Made by a program: the position numbers and the translations under genes. Under the pieces are notes generated by a model that was not told the DNA's origin, did not search any database, and saw nothing but the letters and a program-made list of their open reading frames with translations. DNA of 63,916 nucleotides, counting the filler, from Klebsormidium nitens (lineage: Eukaryota > Plantae > Klebsormidiophyceae): assembly GCA_000708835.1 (NCBI GenBank). It is 6 parts of 6 records of this genome, joined end to end, with 100 filler letters (N's around TTAATTAATTAA, not from the genome) between each part and the next. Parts side by side here need not be neighbours in the genome. Positions count along the whole stretch, not along the records: positions 1 to 24,082 come from DF237426.1; 5 more parts are not named here. One strand, 5' to 3'. Positions 1 to 12,290 of the stretch are shown piece after piece (positions within the stretch are counted from its first letter, which is position 1; each line of letters opens with the position of its first letter).

Positions 1-2570
1 AACGGCATAAAAATGACCAACCACCTTCCGCCACGTGTCCCCCCTGTTTGAGACTGCTTGCGCGCGCTGAGTCTCCGCCCCGGCCAGGTTCTGATTTCGG
101 TCAACTTCCTAACTGGCCGTCCGGTTCAAGTTGCGCTCCGTTCGACTCGTCCAGTGCCAAAAGAGAGCTGCCAGCTTTCGGCAGTTGCGCTTCGTTGCGC
201 TTCGTAGCAGGGTGGCCACGTAAGTCTGCCTGTCCTGCAAGCAAGACTGAGCTCAAGCTACATAATACAGACTCGTCAGGACGGCCAGGCTACGTGGCGC
301 AGAATTTCAGGGTATAAAAGCAAGGCCACTATGGCGTCCCCCTCATTCCAAGCAACCGCAGTAGCCACCAAGCACCATCCTCTCCACTCTAGCTTTGCAC
401 TACATAAAAGCACCAGCTCGATGTGCACCTTAGAAGACCGCGACAGGCTGCCTGATCTGCCACCTCACACAATAGCTCAGGGACTGCAGGCTGAGCTGGC
501 CAGATGGTGCCAGAGGGCAGCTCCAACATGGCCCAGCAATTGCGAGCAGGGGCAGAATGCAGAGGGTGCTGGCTATAGCTGCTGGCGTTTACTTATAGGC
601 TGCCAGCTGTCTTCTAATCCAAGCTTCAGAGCAGTCAATGTCAAGCAGTCAGCAGCTTGCAGCTTGGGAGCGCCTTCATTACTGAGGCATGAGACAGCTG
701 GCAGCAAAGTACCACTGAATGACGTCGCAGATTGGAGCTGCTAGCATGGCGTCCGACCTGCGTCTCCACTGGGAGAGGTAAGCGCTATCATGGACTGATT
801 GCACTAGCATGAGGCAAGGGAGTGCTGTTGCACAGATGATCCCTGCTCTTGAATTTGGTCTACTTTTTGTCTCTTCTTTATTAGAGTTGATTTTGCAAAA
901 GGTAGACAGGGCTGTGGCGGAGGTTTAGGGCAAGGCCGGCCCACATAGTGCATTGGGACTGTAGCAAATCAGAGCCCTGTTAATAGCTGTTAGGGGAGAG
1001 CATGGCATACATTGTTTTATCCTCGTACGGTTGTCTCTGAGATGGCTGAATGTTGTGAGGACTTGACAATCGCTGGGCTGCTTTCTTGTGAATTGTTTCC
1101 ATGTGAAGCTGAACTGCTTTCCAAACTCTCTTCCTTTCAGTGACTCGTCATCCTCTGAAGGATCAGAAGAGTACATTGAAGGTGTTGAGTATGCATCTCG
1201 GTCCGTCGATGGTTCAGACTCTGGACGCTCCCTGGCGGACTTCCTCAGAGATGGAGACTCTGCCAGCAGCGAAAGCCCGTCGTTCTACAGAGCGATCGAC
1301 AATGAGAAGAGTCTCAGCCCGCTCCATCTGCCAAGAGGTCTCGCCGGTGTTGTGAGCAAGAAGAGGCCCACTTTGGTTGAGCTTGCTCTACCTGGTTTCT
1401 GATTCCCTTTGTTACAGTGCCCGCCTCTTCTCCTAAAGTGGACTTGTAGTTCCTGCTTGCAAAGTCGAGCCTCTTGGATCTGTTTGATAGCTGGGTTGCA
1501 GATCGCGCAACCCCCATGAATCATTTCAAAGGTGCTCTCTGGCGCAGACCTGCTTGTAGCACCTCAATCCAGCTGATCAATTGATCAATAGTGTCACTAA
1601 AAGTACCACTCAAACGGGGTCCTGAGTTGTCCTTGAATCATGAGTTGCTCAGCACGACCATGTGCGCTGTGCAGGTTCATCTGCCTACTTCTCCATTCGC
1701 TTGGTCCTTCGGAAGCGGCTTCAGAAAACGAATGTGCTTTACGCCACCAGACAACCCCCAGGTGAGAGAAGCTAGTACAAATCCTGCGTGACTTGTGATC
1801 TAGATACATGGTACTTCACAAATAATCACTCAGTCTTCAGCGCAAAACAGTCGGGTGATATTTCCGCCTTGCCATTGGAAATTTAGCAGATCCAGTCCAC
1901 TCAAGTACATGCAGACAACCTTCACCCAGATGTCTGCGTTGCCTGCACCCTCTTCGAGATCTCATTTCCGCTCTCTGCGTTCCCAGGCGTCCCCGCGTTG
2001 CTGCATCCCAGCTGCTTGTCAGCACCGTGCGGGCAAGATGGTCACAGTTGGTGAGGACCTTCATTCGCCTGTACGGAAGCGAGTGGGGCTTGGAAGGAAG
2101 CGCCGGCGGGTCATCCTCTCGCAAGAGTCAGAAGAGGAGCAGCACACGCCCCCGCTCTCACTTTCCAAGGTGGGTCATACAAGCTTGGCACAGCGTATCC
2201 TGTCTAGGTTTTGCATATGGAATGCATATATTGAACAGACAGAACCTAGACAGAGGCTGGAGCTCAAACACAGAGGCACCGCTGTTCTTCTCCTGTGTCC
2301 ATCTCCTGCGACTGCAAGCTCATCACCTGGAGTCGACTCAAGTGCAAGATGCCCTAGTACTCAAACAGTCATCTGCACCGCTTGCCTCGAATCTTGACGT
2401 TCAAATTGTGGAAAGGCTGGCACTTGACAGCCACTCGAACTGTTGCAGGTGAGAACAGCTCACCGAGAGGTAGCGCGCAGGGTCCTGGATGCAGCCAAGA
2501 GAAGGGCCGTGAAGAAGAGCAAGCCCAGGTACAACACCTGACTACTAGACCGGTTCTAGACTACTAATCA
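1..2570. repeat. Copy A of a diverged ~2.3-2.6 kb direct repeat (partner at 8255-10570)
   Basis: Colinear similarity from 'ggcataaaaa-gaccaaccg..ccacgtgtcccc' (1 vs 8260) through 'gcccaggtaca...cggttctaga' (~2525-2560 vs ~10530-10570). ORFs at 331, 1088 and 1855 have counterparts at 8593, 9197 and ~10090. Confidence 0.85.
1141..1402 (+). CDS. Exon of a hypothetical acidic/Ser-rich protein inside repeat copy A
   Basis: Follows a tttcag acceptor. The peptide SEGSEEYIEGVEYASRSVDGSDSGRSLADFLRDGD..SFYRAIDNEKS is kept in frame in copy B. The exon end is uncertain. Confidence 0.45.
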
Positions 2571-3239
2571 GTAGTCGTCGAAAGTCAGATCGGAGGCAGA
2601 CTTTCAAGCTGTGAGCAGCTTAGTGCAATTCACAAAAAGTAAGGAGCAAGGGACTCCTAAATAGACGCCCAAGCCACACCACGAGATTCACAAGCGGAGG
2701 GCTATACGCGTAAGCAAAGGCTTGCCAGAACGTGTAGAGTAAGTTCCTCTTGCAGATTCAACGTTCATTCGTCCTTTGGTTTTCGTCGCACATGGTTGAA
2801 TCTCTTCCATCTTGACATATTAACTTGCATGGGGTTGTGTGTCACTGACATAAGCGATTGTGTATTGCTACGACATCGAGTCGTTGAGTCGAGCATTATG
2901 TGACCTGAGCGCTACCGTTTAGACAGATGGATGCCATGAGCTCTACCGCACGCAAAAGGAAAGATATGTGCCATGCAATTGTCAGCAGGCTGAACCAATG
3001 CTATTTACTCGAACCACACACAATCTCTTCCATGTGAAAATCTGACGCATTCACACAGCATCGCCTCATCCGGATCTGAACACCTGAACATGAACAATGT
3101 CGCTTGATGACTTTTCGTGATCCTCTCCTAAGATGAATCAGAATATGGTCTGATGGCTCCTCTTTTTCCGAGGAGAAGGTCCCCACGTCTTCTTCGCTGA
3201 TGATCTACAGTCCTATCATGAAACGCATCCATGCTGTCT

Positions 3240-6200
3240 TCAGGGGCCAACCTCCTCGACATCCAATCCGGCGATCTCTCTGCCCTCAAGGGCGGCCCCC
3301 AGTGCCTGTATCGTCCCGTCCGGTTCCGACTGCGGGTCTTCGTTCTCTGCCATGCTTCTTGCTTGATGGAGCGCTACTGACGCTGCCCGAGCTTCTTCGA
3401 TGCTTTTGCACGGGGTCTGGATAGTGTTTTTCAGCCTCAGCCATGCCATCTCGATGGATGCGGGAAAAGCGCTCTGGTTCCCGGACAAGAAGTCCTCAGT
3501 GAGTCCGATCCAGTGCCTAACGAGGCCGACCACTAAGGGGGGGGGGAGCTCAAAGGACACGAAGCAGCACTCTTGCCCCTTCATCCTGACGGACTCTTGC
3601 ATTATGGCGAACGCCACGTACATCTTCGTGCTGTAATCCCCAGCGATGGCCAAGGGGGGTACTGGTGATGCTGGCAGCCCGACGATGTACTGAATTTTCA
3701 CCTGCGAGCAACAGAAATGTTGTCACTAATATGTGGATTGAAGATTCAGACACTTGCTGTAACATGAGATAACCAAGTCGTGCTGCTTCAGATCTGGGGA
3801 GAAGACATCGGTGACGAAGCACAGTTGCTGAAACCACTTCCAGGCGGCAGAATCGACAAGGAGATCCCCGAAAGCACTGGTCTCAGAATCTGCAAGCAGC
3901 ATCTTCGCGGCTGAGCAGGTGATCACTTCTATGGAGCTGCAGTGCGCTTGTTGCCTTAATATGCGCAGACTCCGCATGCTGTCAAAGCATGTCTCCGTCC
4001 GGTTTTGGGAGCTACGAAAGAATATGGCTGCCAAAAACTTATCCACCCCCTCTCCAAACGCGTAAAGATCCGTTTTTTCTTCCTGAAGCCTACCTGCCCA
4101 TGTAGGTCCTCGACCTTCTTCTCGTCCTCCATTGCGTCCGTAGGCTTTACTTCGAACATGACGGGAGTCGTCTCAGCCAGCCTGTCCGGGTCAGCGGAAG
4201 GACCTCCTACCCGGATATCAGTCAGCGCAGCGGCATAGGAAGCATGTGGCCTCGTGTCCAGCAGACACGCCATAAGATTCTTGGTCCCGTTGGCCTTGTA
4301 GGCCTTCAGAGCCTGCAGATTTGAAACAAGATAAGCCCTCAGTATCTTTAGGAGATTCAAGCCAATCAAGCGTACTTGCGCAAAACAGCGGCAACCAAGT
4401 GCAGGGTGCAAGGCCGCACGATGGACGCGCGGGGGCGCGCGCGGAGACTGCTGACGTCAGCGTCAGGCACGGGCGGGGGTGGGAGGACTGGCAACAAGAG
4501 CTTGTCAAGAAAGAACGCAGCTGCGAAAAACTGCGAAAACGTCAGCGCAAGCGAGAGAAGTGGATTTGCTGGCGTCAGCGCAGGTAAGAGAAGGGAATTG
4601 CTGACGTCAGCGCAGGCGAGAGGATTGAAGTTGCTGACATCAACGGAGGCGATAAAGCGAACCTGCTGAGGTCAGCGCAGGCGAGAGAAGTGAATATGAC
4701 AATGTCAGCGCAGGCGAGAGAAGCAGAAGTGCTGAGGTCAGCGCAGGCGAGAGAAGAGGAATGAAAGCAGGAGGCGCAAAGGGAAGCTTGGGCGACGGAA
4801 GAGAGGGAGGAGACTTTGCAGACGGAGCTCGCGAAGGAGCGGCGGGAGAGGGGGAAAGAGGCACGCGCCCATGGGAAGCAGGTAAGGATCGGTCTCTCCT
4901 CTTCTCTTGCAGGACAAATAGATTCCTAAAATGAGTTCCCACACGTCTTTAGAGTCACCAGCTCTTGACTTGCTACCTCTGGGATCAGACTCGACAGCAT
5001 GGATGCTTTTGAGAGAATGAGAGCACATGAAGTAAGCGGCTCTGAGAAACAGTAGTTCGTCTTTCTGCATGCATTTAGAGGCACGTGAAGCAGAATCACG
5101 TACAGCAGAGGCGCATCTTCAAAAGTTTTGCGTCTTCTCATATCACGGGCTGTCATACCGGCTCTCAACCTGATCATCTTGGCAAAGGACATTGAAATCA
5201 GAAGCCAACAGACGCTGACAAGCGGTTGCTTTCTGATGTGTGCGCAGCTACGAGCTCTGACGATAGAGTCACGTGCAGCGGAGGCGCACCTCCAAGTACA
5301 TTTAGCGAGCGACCTTTTGCCGCTGTTCATATTGAGCTACACGCACTCATACCAACAGCTCTTGACTTGCAACCTGGGAAAAAAGGGCGTCCGAACTGAA
5401 AGCACCTAAGAAGCTTTCAAGTGCTGCTCAGCTCTAGCAGCTAAACCAGGCTCACGTGAGACACCTTGCTCGACATACAAATGCAGATTAAGCCAAAGGG
5501 TGGCAAAATCTTCCTGCTTGCCTGACTAACCTTGTTGCCCGCATTCTCAAGGAGGCCTATGATCGTGTCATACGAATGGACCTCCTTTCCCCGTATCTCC
5601 TTTCCGCCCTCTCCTAGCTCCTCCATGTCCCACTTCAGCTGCTCCATCAGCAGTGTGAAGTAGGCACGGTCCCACATCTTGATATATGTGCATCCAAGCT
5701 GAGAAAGAAGAGCCGACGCTGACCCATGTGCCGTCTTCGAGGCGATGTATACACAGATGGTGTCCCGTACCCCTGTGAAATAGTTGCATCCTTTGGCGGA
5801 AAGCAAAAAGCCATGGGAGAGCAAAGGACAAGAGCAACATCGTGCGAGCTGCTTTATGCTTTTGACAGAGCGGGTTGTCTAAACCAGGCACCATGAAATT
5901 CTCCTTTACACGCACTTAAGCCGCAAATCAATCCTTGTCAAGCTGGCAATAAGAGTATCTGACGGCAGGCTTCTGAAAGCACCTGCTTCAAGGTGCGACC
6001 AACCACTTTTTAAGAAGCCATACATCGCAGAATCACACCTGCCAAGCATGGAGGATCCATCAGAGAACAATTTTGTGCCATTGAGTCTGTTCAAACACAG
6101 GATGACTCACTATTGCAAGAATAAGAATTAGACAAGAAAAGCCTAACCTGAACTACTTGTGAATTTGAGGAGCGTTGGCACGCCCTCGACCGGAGCATCT

Positions 6201-8071
6201 GTACGGGTATCCTGCAGCTGCTTGGACAGCGGAGAAGATGGTTCCTGAGGAACAAGAGGCAGCCGTAGTGCGCCGCTGTGCTGAGCCGTTGCATCAGACT
6301 GCGCGTCCGTACTGCCATGCACAGCTCCGCTTCGCACCCCTAGCTTAGCGGATCGTCTCGAGTGTCGCTCTTCTTCTTCTCGAAGTTCCTCTAGTGTGGA
6401 CTTCCCCTTCAGGTCTCCGCTGTCAACAGCAGCAATCAAGCCTGCCATCGAGGGTACCTGCAACAAGGAAAACATTCTGCCTGCATCAGAAGCTCACAGT
6501 CAATGCTTCAGAGGGCCCAAGTACAACATATGAAAAGCCTGCGAAATCCCTGAGACAATAACTCACTACTTTACTTAACAAACAACTACGAGTCCCTCAA
6601 TGAAGCTGCTCATCAGCACTAACGCTGGGGAAGTCTCGACACTTGCCTTTTTCAACCAGAACAGTCTACTTCTGCACCGTCTCAGTGGCCTCAGCAAAAG
6701 AACCTCTAGCCGAATCATTGCAATGCACTTCAGAAGCACAACTCGAATCATGCAAGAGAGTATCTTGCTCAGCTCTTGATCGGCCATGTCTCTGTCCCCC
6801 CAATCATGCCTTGGTTAAGCTGTTGTCTGCAACCCGCCAACTAGTACAGCGTTGCACAACAAGCGTGGGGATGCAACGACTTGGATTGTTCAAAAACAAG
6901 GAGGGTTCATGTGACTCACTTTCAAAGAGTAGGCCGTGCTGTAAAGCGCGTCCAGCTGGGGGCTGCTCAGATTCTTCCCTTTCACGCAAGTCAGCATAGC
7001 CTCAGCTTCGTCCCACTGCTTCATGCAGAGATTAACGATAGGCAGCAGGTCCGCAGGAATGGGATCTTCGACCAAAATCCAGAGGTCGTCTGGTCTCATT
7101 CTGGTAGTCCTCTTCTGCACGGAGGAAAGATTGCCAGCCGCTGACTTCCACACAGTAGAGAACTCAACAAGCTGACGGGCCTGTGACAAACGACACGTCA
7201 AATCATCAGGCAACAGATGTACGACCTCAGCTTCTCACCACAGGAACCTAGATCGACACATCACTTGATGCTAGCAGAGAGGCACTCATCTGCCACTAGA
7301 AGAGTACTCTTTCCTGTGAAGCTTCATATGTCAAAAGCAGTGACTCATCAAGACGGATGCTCACGTCAATTCTCACAATACTTCTTTGTCAGACATCCAG
7401 CAATTACTACGTCTCTGGACTCCTTTCGCAACAATTCCCGCCTCGCCACCAAGAGATGCACCCCTCCAGGCAGTTCCCACACATGATAAGAACACCTCAG
7501 AGAAGCAGCTTGAGTTGCTTTCTTAACAGACAAAGAAGACCCCTGAAGGGAAACACTTACCTCCTGAGGTATGTCACAGAACGACAGGATGCGTAGCTCA
7601 TTCCGAGTCTTGTCCGGCAGCGCTGCAAAAGGAAGAAAGAAACCAATGTTAACAGGAAGCCTGGACCAAAAGAGGCCAACTTCCGGCTGCTGTTAGTGAG
7701 CACTTGCTCTGCCCTCTTGTTATCAGGATTACTTTGGTCTATGAGGATGTAACGACAATGGCTTGTTACCAATCTCTGAGCCTCTTTAAAGCAAGGTGAA
7801 AGAAAGGTGGCAGACAGGGTGTGCTCAAATGCTCACCATCCAACGCCCCCCGTGGCCACAACTGCACCACCAGCTTGTCCTCCTCGGTCCGCAGAAGAAC
7901 TTTCAGTCTCGCATACATCTTCCAATCCTCGCTTTCCTTTTCTGGCAGCGCCTTGCCCTTTCCACTCAGATCATCGACCCCCAACCCCATCTCCGCGATC
8001 GCTTTAGTGACGTCCTCAAGCAGATTTTCTGACTGAATCCTAACACGTTTTCCTCTCCATAAGGTCCACAT
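3240..8071 (-). pseudogene. Decayed multi-exon hypothetical gene of unknown family
   Basis: Series of minus-strand coding-like segments with cag acceptors and gt donors (~7766-8071, 6890-7213, 6143-6475, 5441-5824, 4103-4314, 3240-3701). Stops interrupt the 7230-7500 segment. No domain recognised. Confidence 0.35.
4540..4760. repeat. Tandem ~33-bp minisatellite, consensus GCTGACGTCAGCGCAGGCGAGAGAAG, about 7 units
   Basis: Repeated 'gtcagcgcaggcgagagaag' is visible directly. Confidence 0.85.
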
Positions 8072-8254
8072 GCTTCTCAGATGGTCGCTTAAACGTCACC
8101 GTATCCCATGTTGGTTGCATCTTCTACAAGGGGACTCCCTCTCATGGAAACTAGCCAGCAGCCAATGGCAAAAGAAGCCCTACTACGTTGCACGACGAAG
8201 CTAGGGTTTGCGAAGGCTGAGGAACTGTATCGACCGGCGGGGCCAACTGACAGG

Positions 8255-10570
8255 TGAATGGCATAAAAACGACCAACCGCAAAGAGCCACGTGTCCCCCC
8301 TGTTCGGTCGGCTTGCGCCGCGCTGAGTCTCCGGTCGTCTTCCCCCGGCCAGGTTCCGAATCCGGTCAACTTTCATAATCGACCGTCCGGTTCGAGTTGC
8401 GCTCCGTCCGACTCGTCCAGTGCCCATGACGAGCTGCCGCAGTACTTTTTGGCAGTGGAGCTGCTTTTCGGCAGTTGACCACGTAAGTCTGCCTGTCCTG
8501 CAAGACTGCAAGACTGAGCTCAGCAAAGGTACACTTGTCCGGACGGACAGGCTACGTGGCGCAGACTGTCAGGGGATAAAAGCAAGGTCACCATGGCGTC
8601 CCCCTCATTCCAAGCAAGCGCAGTTGCCAGCAAGCACCATTCTCTCCACTCTAGCTCTGCACTACACAGAAGCACCAGCTCGCTGTGCACCTTAGAAAAC
8701 CGCGACAGGCTGCCTGATCTGCCACCTCATGCGGTAGCTCAGGGACTGCAGGCTGAGCTGGCCAGACGGTGCCAGAGGGCAGCTCCAACATGGTCCAGCA
8801 ATTACGAGCAGCTGCAGAATGCAGGGCGTGCTGGCTATAGCTGCTGGCGTCCAATTTTATACCAAATCCAAGCTACAGAGTAGTCAATGTCAAGCGTGCA
8901 GCAGCTTGCAGCTTGGGAGCTCCTTCCTTCATCACTCAGGCATCAGACAGCTGGCAGTAAAGCACCACTAAGTGACACTGCAGATTGGAGTTGCTGGCAT
9001 GGCGTCCGACCTGCGCTCTGGCGTCCGAGAATTCGAACAGAATGCACAGAGGTAAGCGCTCTTATGAACTGAGTGCACCAAGCATGAGGCAAGGGAGGGC
9101 TGAAAGTTAAGGCAAGGAAGTCGCTTTTCACTCGAGATCAGATGGCGACTTTTTACTGCGGCTCTGAGCTGGGCTGCTTTTTATGAATAGCTCCTTGTGA
9201 AGCTGACTTGCACCTCAATATCTCTCCTTTTCAGTGGCTCGTCATCTTCTGAAGGATCAGGAGAGGACATCGAAGGTGTTGAGTATGCCCCTCGCTCTGC
9301 GGACGATTCAGATTCTGGACGCTCCCTGGAAGACTTCGTCAGCGATGGAGACTCTGCCAGCAGTCACAGCCAGTCGTTCTACAGAGCGATCAACAACGAG
9401 AAGAGTCAGAGTCCGCTTCATCTTCCAAGAGGTCTCGCCAGTGTTGTGAACAAGGCGTCGGTGAGCTTGCACTGTCTGATCTCCTACCTACCTTTATCAC
9501 AGTGCCCGCCTCTTCTATTTGGGACGACTTTCATGCTGCTTGCGACGCCAAGCCTCTTTGGATCCATTTGATAGTTGGGTCGCAGATCGCGCAGATCCCA
9601 TGAATTATTCGGACAGTGCTTTCTGGCAGGGAACCTGCTTGTAGAACCTTCTTTCAACCGGTCAGCCAATCCGTTGTGGTGGCAACACAATCACAACTCA
9701 TATCAAATCGAGGACCACGAAATGTTGCGCAGGGGCATGTGCCTACTCCTCCATTTGCTCGGGGCAGCAGCCCCAGGAAGGGGACCTGCTTACCACTACC
9801 AGAGGTGAGAGAACAAGCTACTACAGATTCTGGGTGACTTGTGATCGACGCGTATGGTACTTTGCAACTGACCCTCGAGTGCAAAGAAGTTACCAGTGAT
9901 ACCACCGCCCTGCCATTGGAAGCTCAGTGAGAACAAGCAACTGAAGTGCGCTTTGGATGCAGACAAAATCGACTCAGCCCACACCCTTTTCGAGATCTAA
10001 TTTGATCCTCTTTGCGTTCCCAGGCATTTCCGCGTTGCCGCCTCCCAGCTGGTCCTCAAAGCCGTGCGAGCAAGAGGGCTTCAGTCGAAACCTCAGTTGG
10101 CGAGCCTGACCTTTCTTCGCCAGTGCGGAAGCGAGGGCGGCTTGGAAGAGAGCGTCGGCGGGCCATCCTCTCGCAAGAGTCAGCAGAAGAGCAGCACCTG
10201 CCCCAGCTGCTATCTTTTGAGGTGGGTCGCAAACTTCCACCGCCTTCCTAGTCTACATTCTGCATGAAGTCCGGTCTCGATTTTGCACGTTCAGGACAGA
10301 GCTCTGTCTGTTGTGTCTGCCTTCTCGCGCGTGCAAACTTATGAATTTGAGTCTTGCAAGACGCTCTAGTAACCAGCGGTTGTTGAGATCTCTCGCGCGG
10401 ACTTGTCGTCCGATCTGTGGGGAAGACTATCATCAACAATCACTCGATTCTTCCTGATGCAGGCAGAGAAAAGCCCACGAAGCGGTCTTGGATGCAACCA
10501 GGAGAAGGGCGGGGATGAAGATCAGCAGGCCCAGGTACAGCGTTTGTGATTCAAGGACGGTTCTAGATCA
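8255..10570. repeat. Copy B of the diverged direct repeat (partner at 1-2570)
   Basis: See copy A. Splice-like sites are conserved (gag|gtaagc at ~778/9051, tttcag at 1140/9233, ag|gtgaga at ~1761/9804). Confidence 0.85.
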
Positions 10571-11184
10571 GGGCGCAGACCAGTTGAGTAGAATCCACTA
10601 TCTAGGTAGCAAAAAGTGGACATCAGTCTTAGTAGCCACTTGTGATAGGGACCAGTTGCTGGCGCGTTTTCTGATGTAAGAGACCCATACATCAAGCATG
10701 TCACAATGATCTTTTGGTCCACCCCCCCTTCTCTGCCAATCCTCACTGTGTCGCACTTCGCATGAGGCTCTTCCAAGCTGAGCGTGTGGTTTGAGCTGCT
10801 TCCACCGCTTTCAAAGTCAGTCAACCCCCTTTCCCAAGGAGCGTTCACATGCATCTATTGCGGTCTAGCATGAAGAGGAACAACGGCTGCATAAGAGGTC
10901 ACAGCCGCCATTTGCTAAAATGATCTGCAATTGACTTGCGACCTTGTAATCCCCAGGTCATGCTCCCCAGTCGGACTTTGGACAGTGGCCTGTCGGACGC
11001 TGACCTTGAAGACCGCCTCCGGGTGGCTGGGCGGTGTGAGGAAGCGCACAACAAAGCTGTTGCGCTGCCTTCCACTCTGTACGCCTGTCCAAAGCCCACG
11101 GTGTCCGCAGTTGCCTCAACAAACGGAGGGGAAGTCCTGCGCCAGGTGGGTTTGCTTGCAACGTTAGCAGTGCCCCAGTCAAGT

Positions 11185-11736
11185 TTAGAAGTCGCCTTTC
11201 TGACTGAGTTGCTCGATCTCATCTAGCAGCGTCACGGCCCCTCCCAAGACCCTGCGCACCTTGTCGGCCCCTGCCCTCTTGAAGGCACGTGCCTTGTTGC
11301 CAGGCAGGAGGAAAAAGCAATCTCGATTAGTGTAGCAGCGTCTGCCACTGGGGTTTCCCTCCAAGAGTTGTTTGTTTGGAGTTTTGAGACTTTTACACCT
11401 GATGTGCAAAATTCTGGGAATTGCTGGATCAGCCGTTGGTCGAATCCAACCTGTCATGTTGTCACCCTTCACATACCCTCCAATCCCCAAATGCAGGTCG
11501 CCGTTGACCCCGTTCACTCTGCGTGCGACACCCTCCGAGCGACTTCCTGCGCAGACAACCATCGGACCACCAATCTGCCTGTCGTTGAAGACGCGCTCAC
11601 GGACAACGCAAGCAGTCAGCCGACCGAGTGCTTTGCAGCCCTCAGCGAAGAATGCGAGGCGCCAGCAAAAGTTAACTCCGCCGCATCCATGAACCTGGCG
11701 GTAAGGGCTCATGCGCCCCTTGTCCAAGTTGTCCAA
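11185..11736 (-). CDS. Hypothetical protein, divergent from the primase-helicase gene; may continue by frameshift or splicing to ~10520
   Basis: 183-codon ORF adjacent to the repeat array. No recognisable domain. Confidence 0.3.
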   Translation of the reverse strand: MDNLDKGRMSPYRQVHGCGGVNFCWRLAFFAEGCKALGRLTACVVRERVFNDRQIGGPMVVCAGSRSEGVARRVNGVNGDLHLGIGGYVKGDNMTGWIRPTADPAIPRILHIRCKSLKTPNKQLLEGNPSGRRCYTNRDCFFLLPGNKARAFKRAGADKVRRVLGGAVTLLDEIEQLSQKGDF

Positions 11737-11966
11737 GATTTTTAGAGACTTTTTGGACGGCCAGCTCTGATGACGTCAGCAGCCGTACAGCCACCCCGAT
11801 TCGGATTGAAGTTGTCCAAGTTGTCCAAGAATTTTGACGACTTTCTGGGGGGCCAAGCTCTGATGACGTCAGCAGCCCTACAGCCACCCCGTTACGGATT
11901 CGAGTTGTCCAAGTTGTCCAAGATTTTGAGCGACTTTCTGGGGGGCCAGCTCTGATGACGTCAGCA
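11720..11966. repeat. Three tandem ~92-bp units, TTGTCCAAGTTGTCCAAG...GATGACGTCAGC (orientation A)
   Basis: Units start at 11720, 11812 and 11905. Confidence 0.95.
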
Positions 11967-12144
11967 GACGGTTCTTGTCCCAGGTGTCTTAGTTTTTCTA
12001 GCGTCCACTTTTGTCACGGGACCCTGGCCAAGATGGGTCATGGTTTTGTCCCTTTTTGCCACAAAAATGTCCCCTTTAAGAAACGATGATGACGGATTTC
12101 CACACGGTCAACTACAATTGCATCTTTCACTCGGAATGGTGATT

Positions 12145-12290
12145 GCTGACGTCATCATTCGTGTTCTTCGAAAAAGTTGTTCAAGAACTTGGACACTTTG
12201 GACAACTACATCTTCTTGGGATGGCTTTTGCTGACGTCATCGTTCGTGTCCCTCAGAAAGGTTACCCAAAGTTTTGGACACCTTGGACAG
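12145..12290. repeat. Two ~85-bp units, GCTGACGTCATC...TTGGACACnTTGGACA (orientation B, the reverse complement of A)
   Basis: Units start at 12145 and 12230. Confidence 0.9.

Noticed and set aside
29-38. G-box/ABRE-like CCACGTGTC, also at ~8288
   Set aside because: A short motif whose recurrence is explained by the duplication; no evidence of regulatory use.
11720-12290. CRISPR-like array
   Set aside because: Whole units are repeated without unique spacers, the context is eukaryotic and there are no cas genes.
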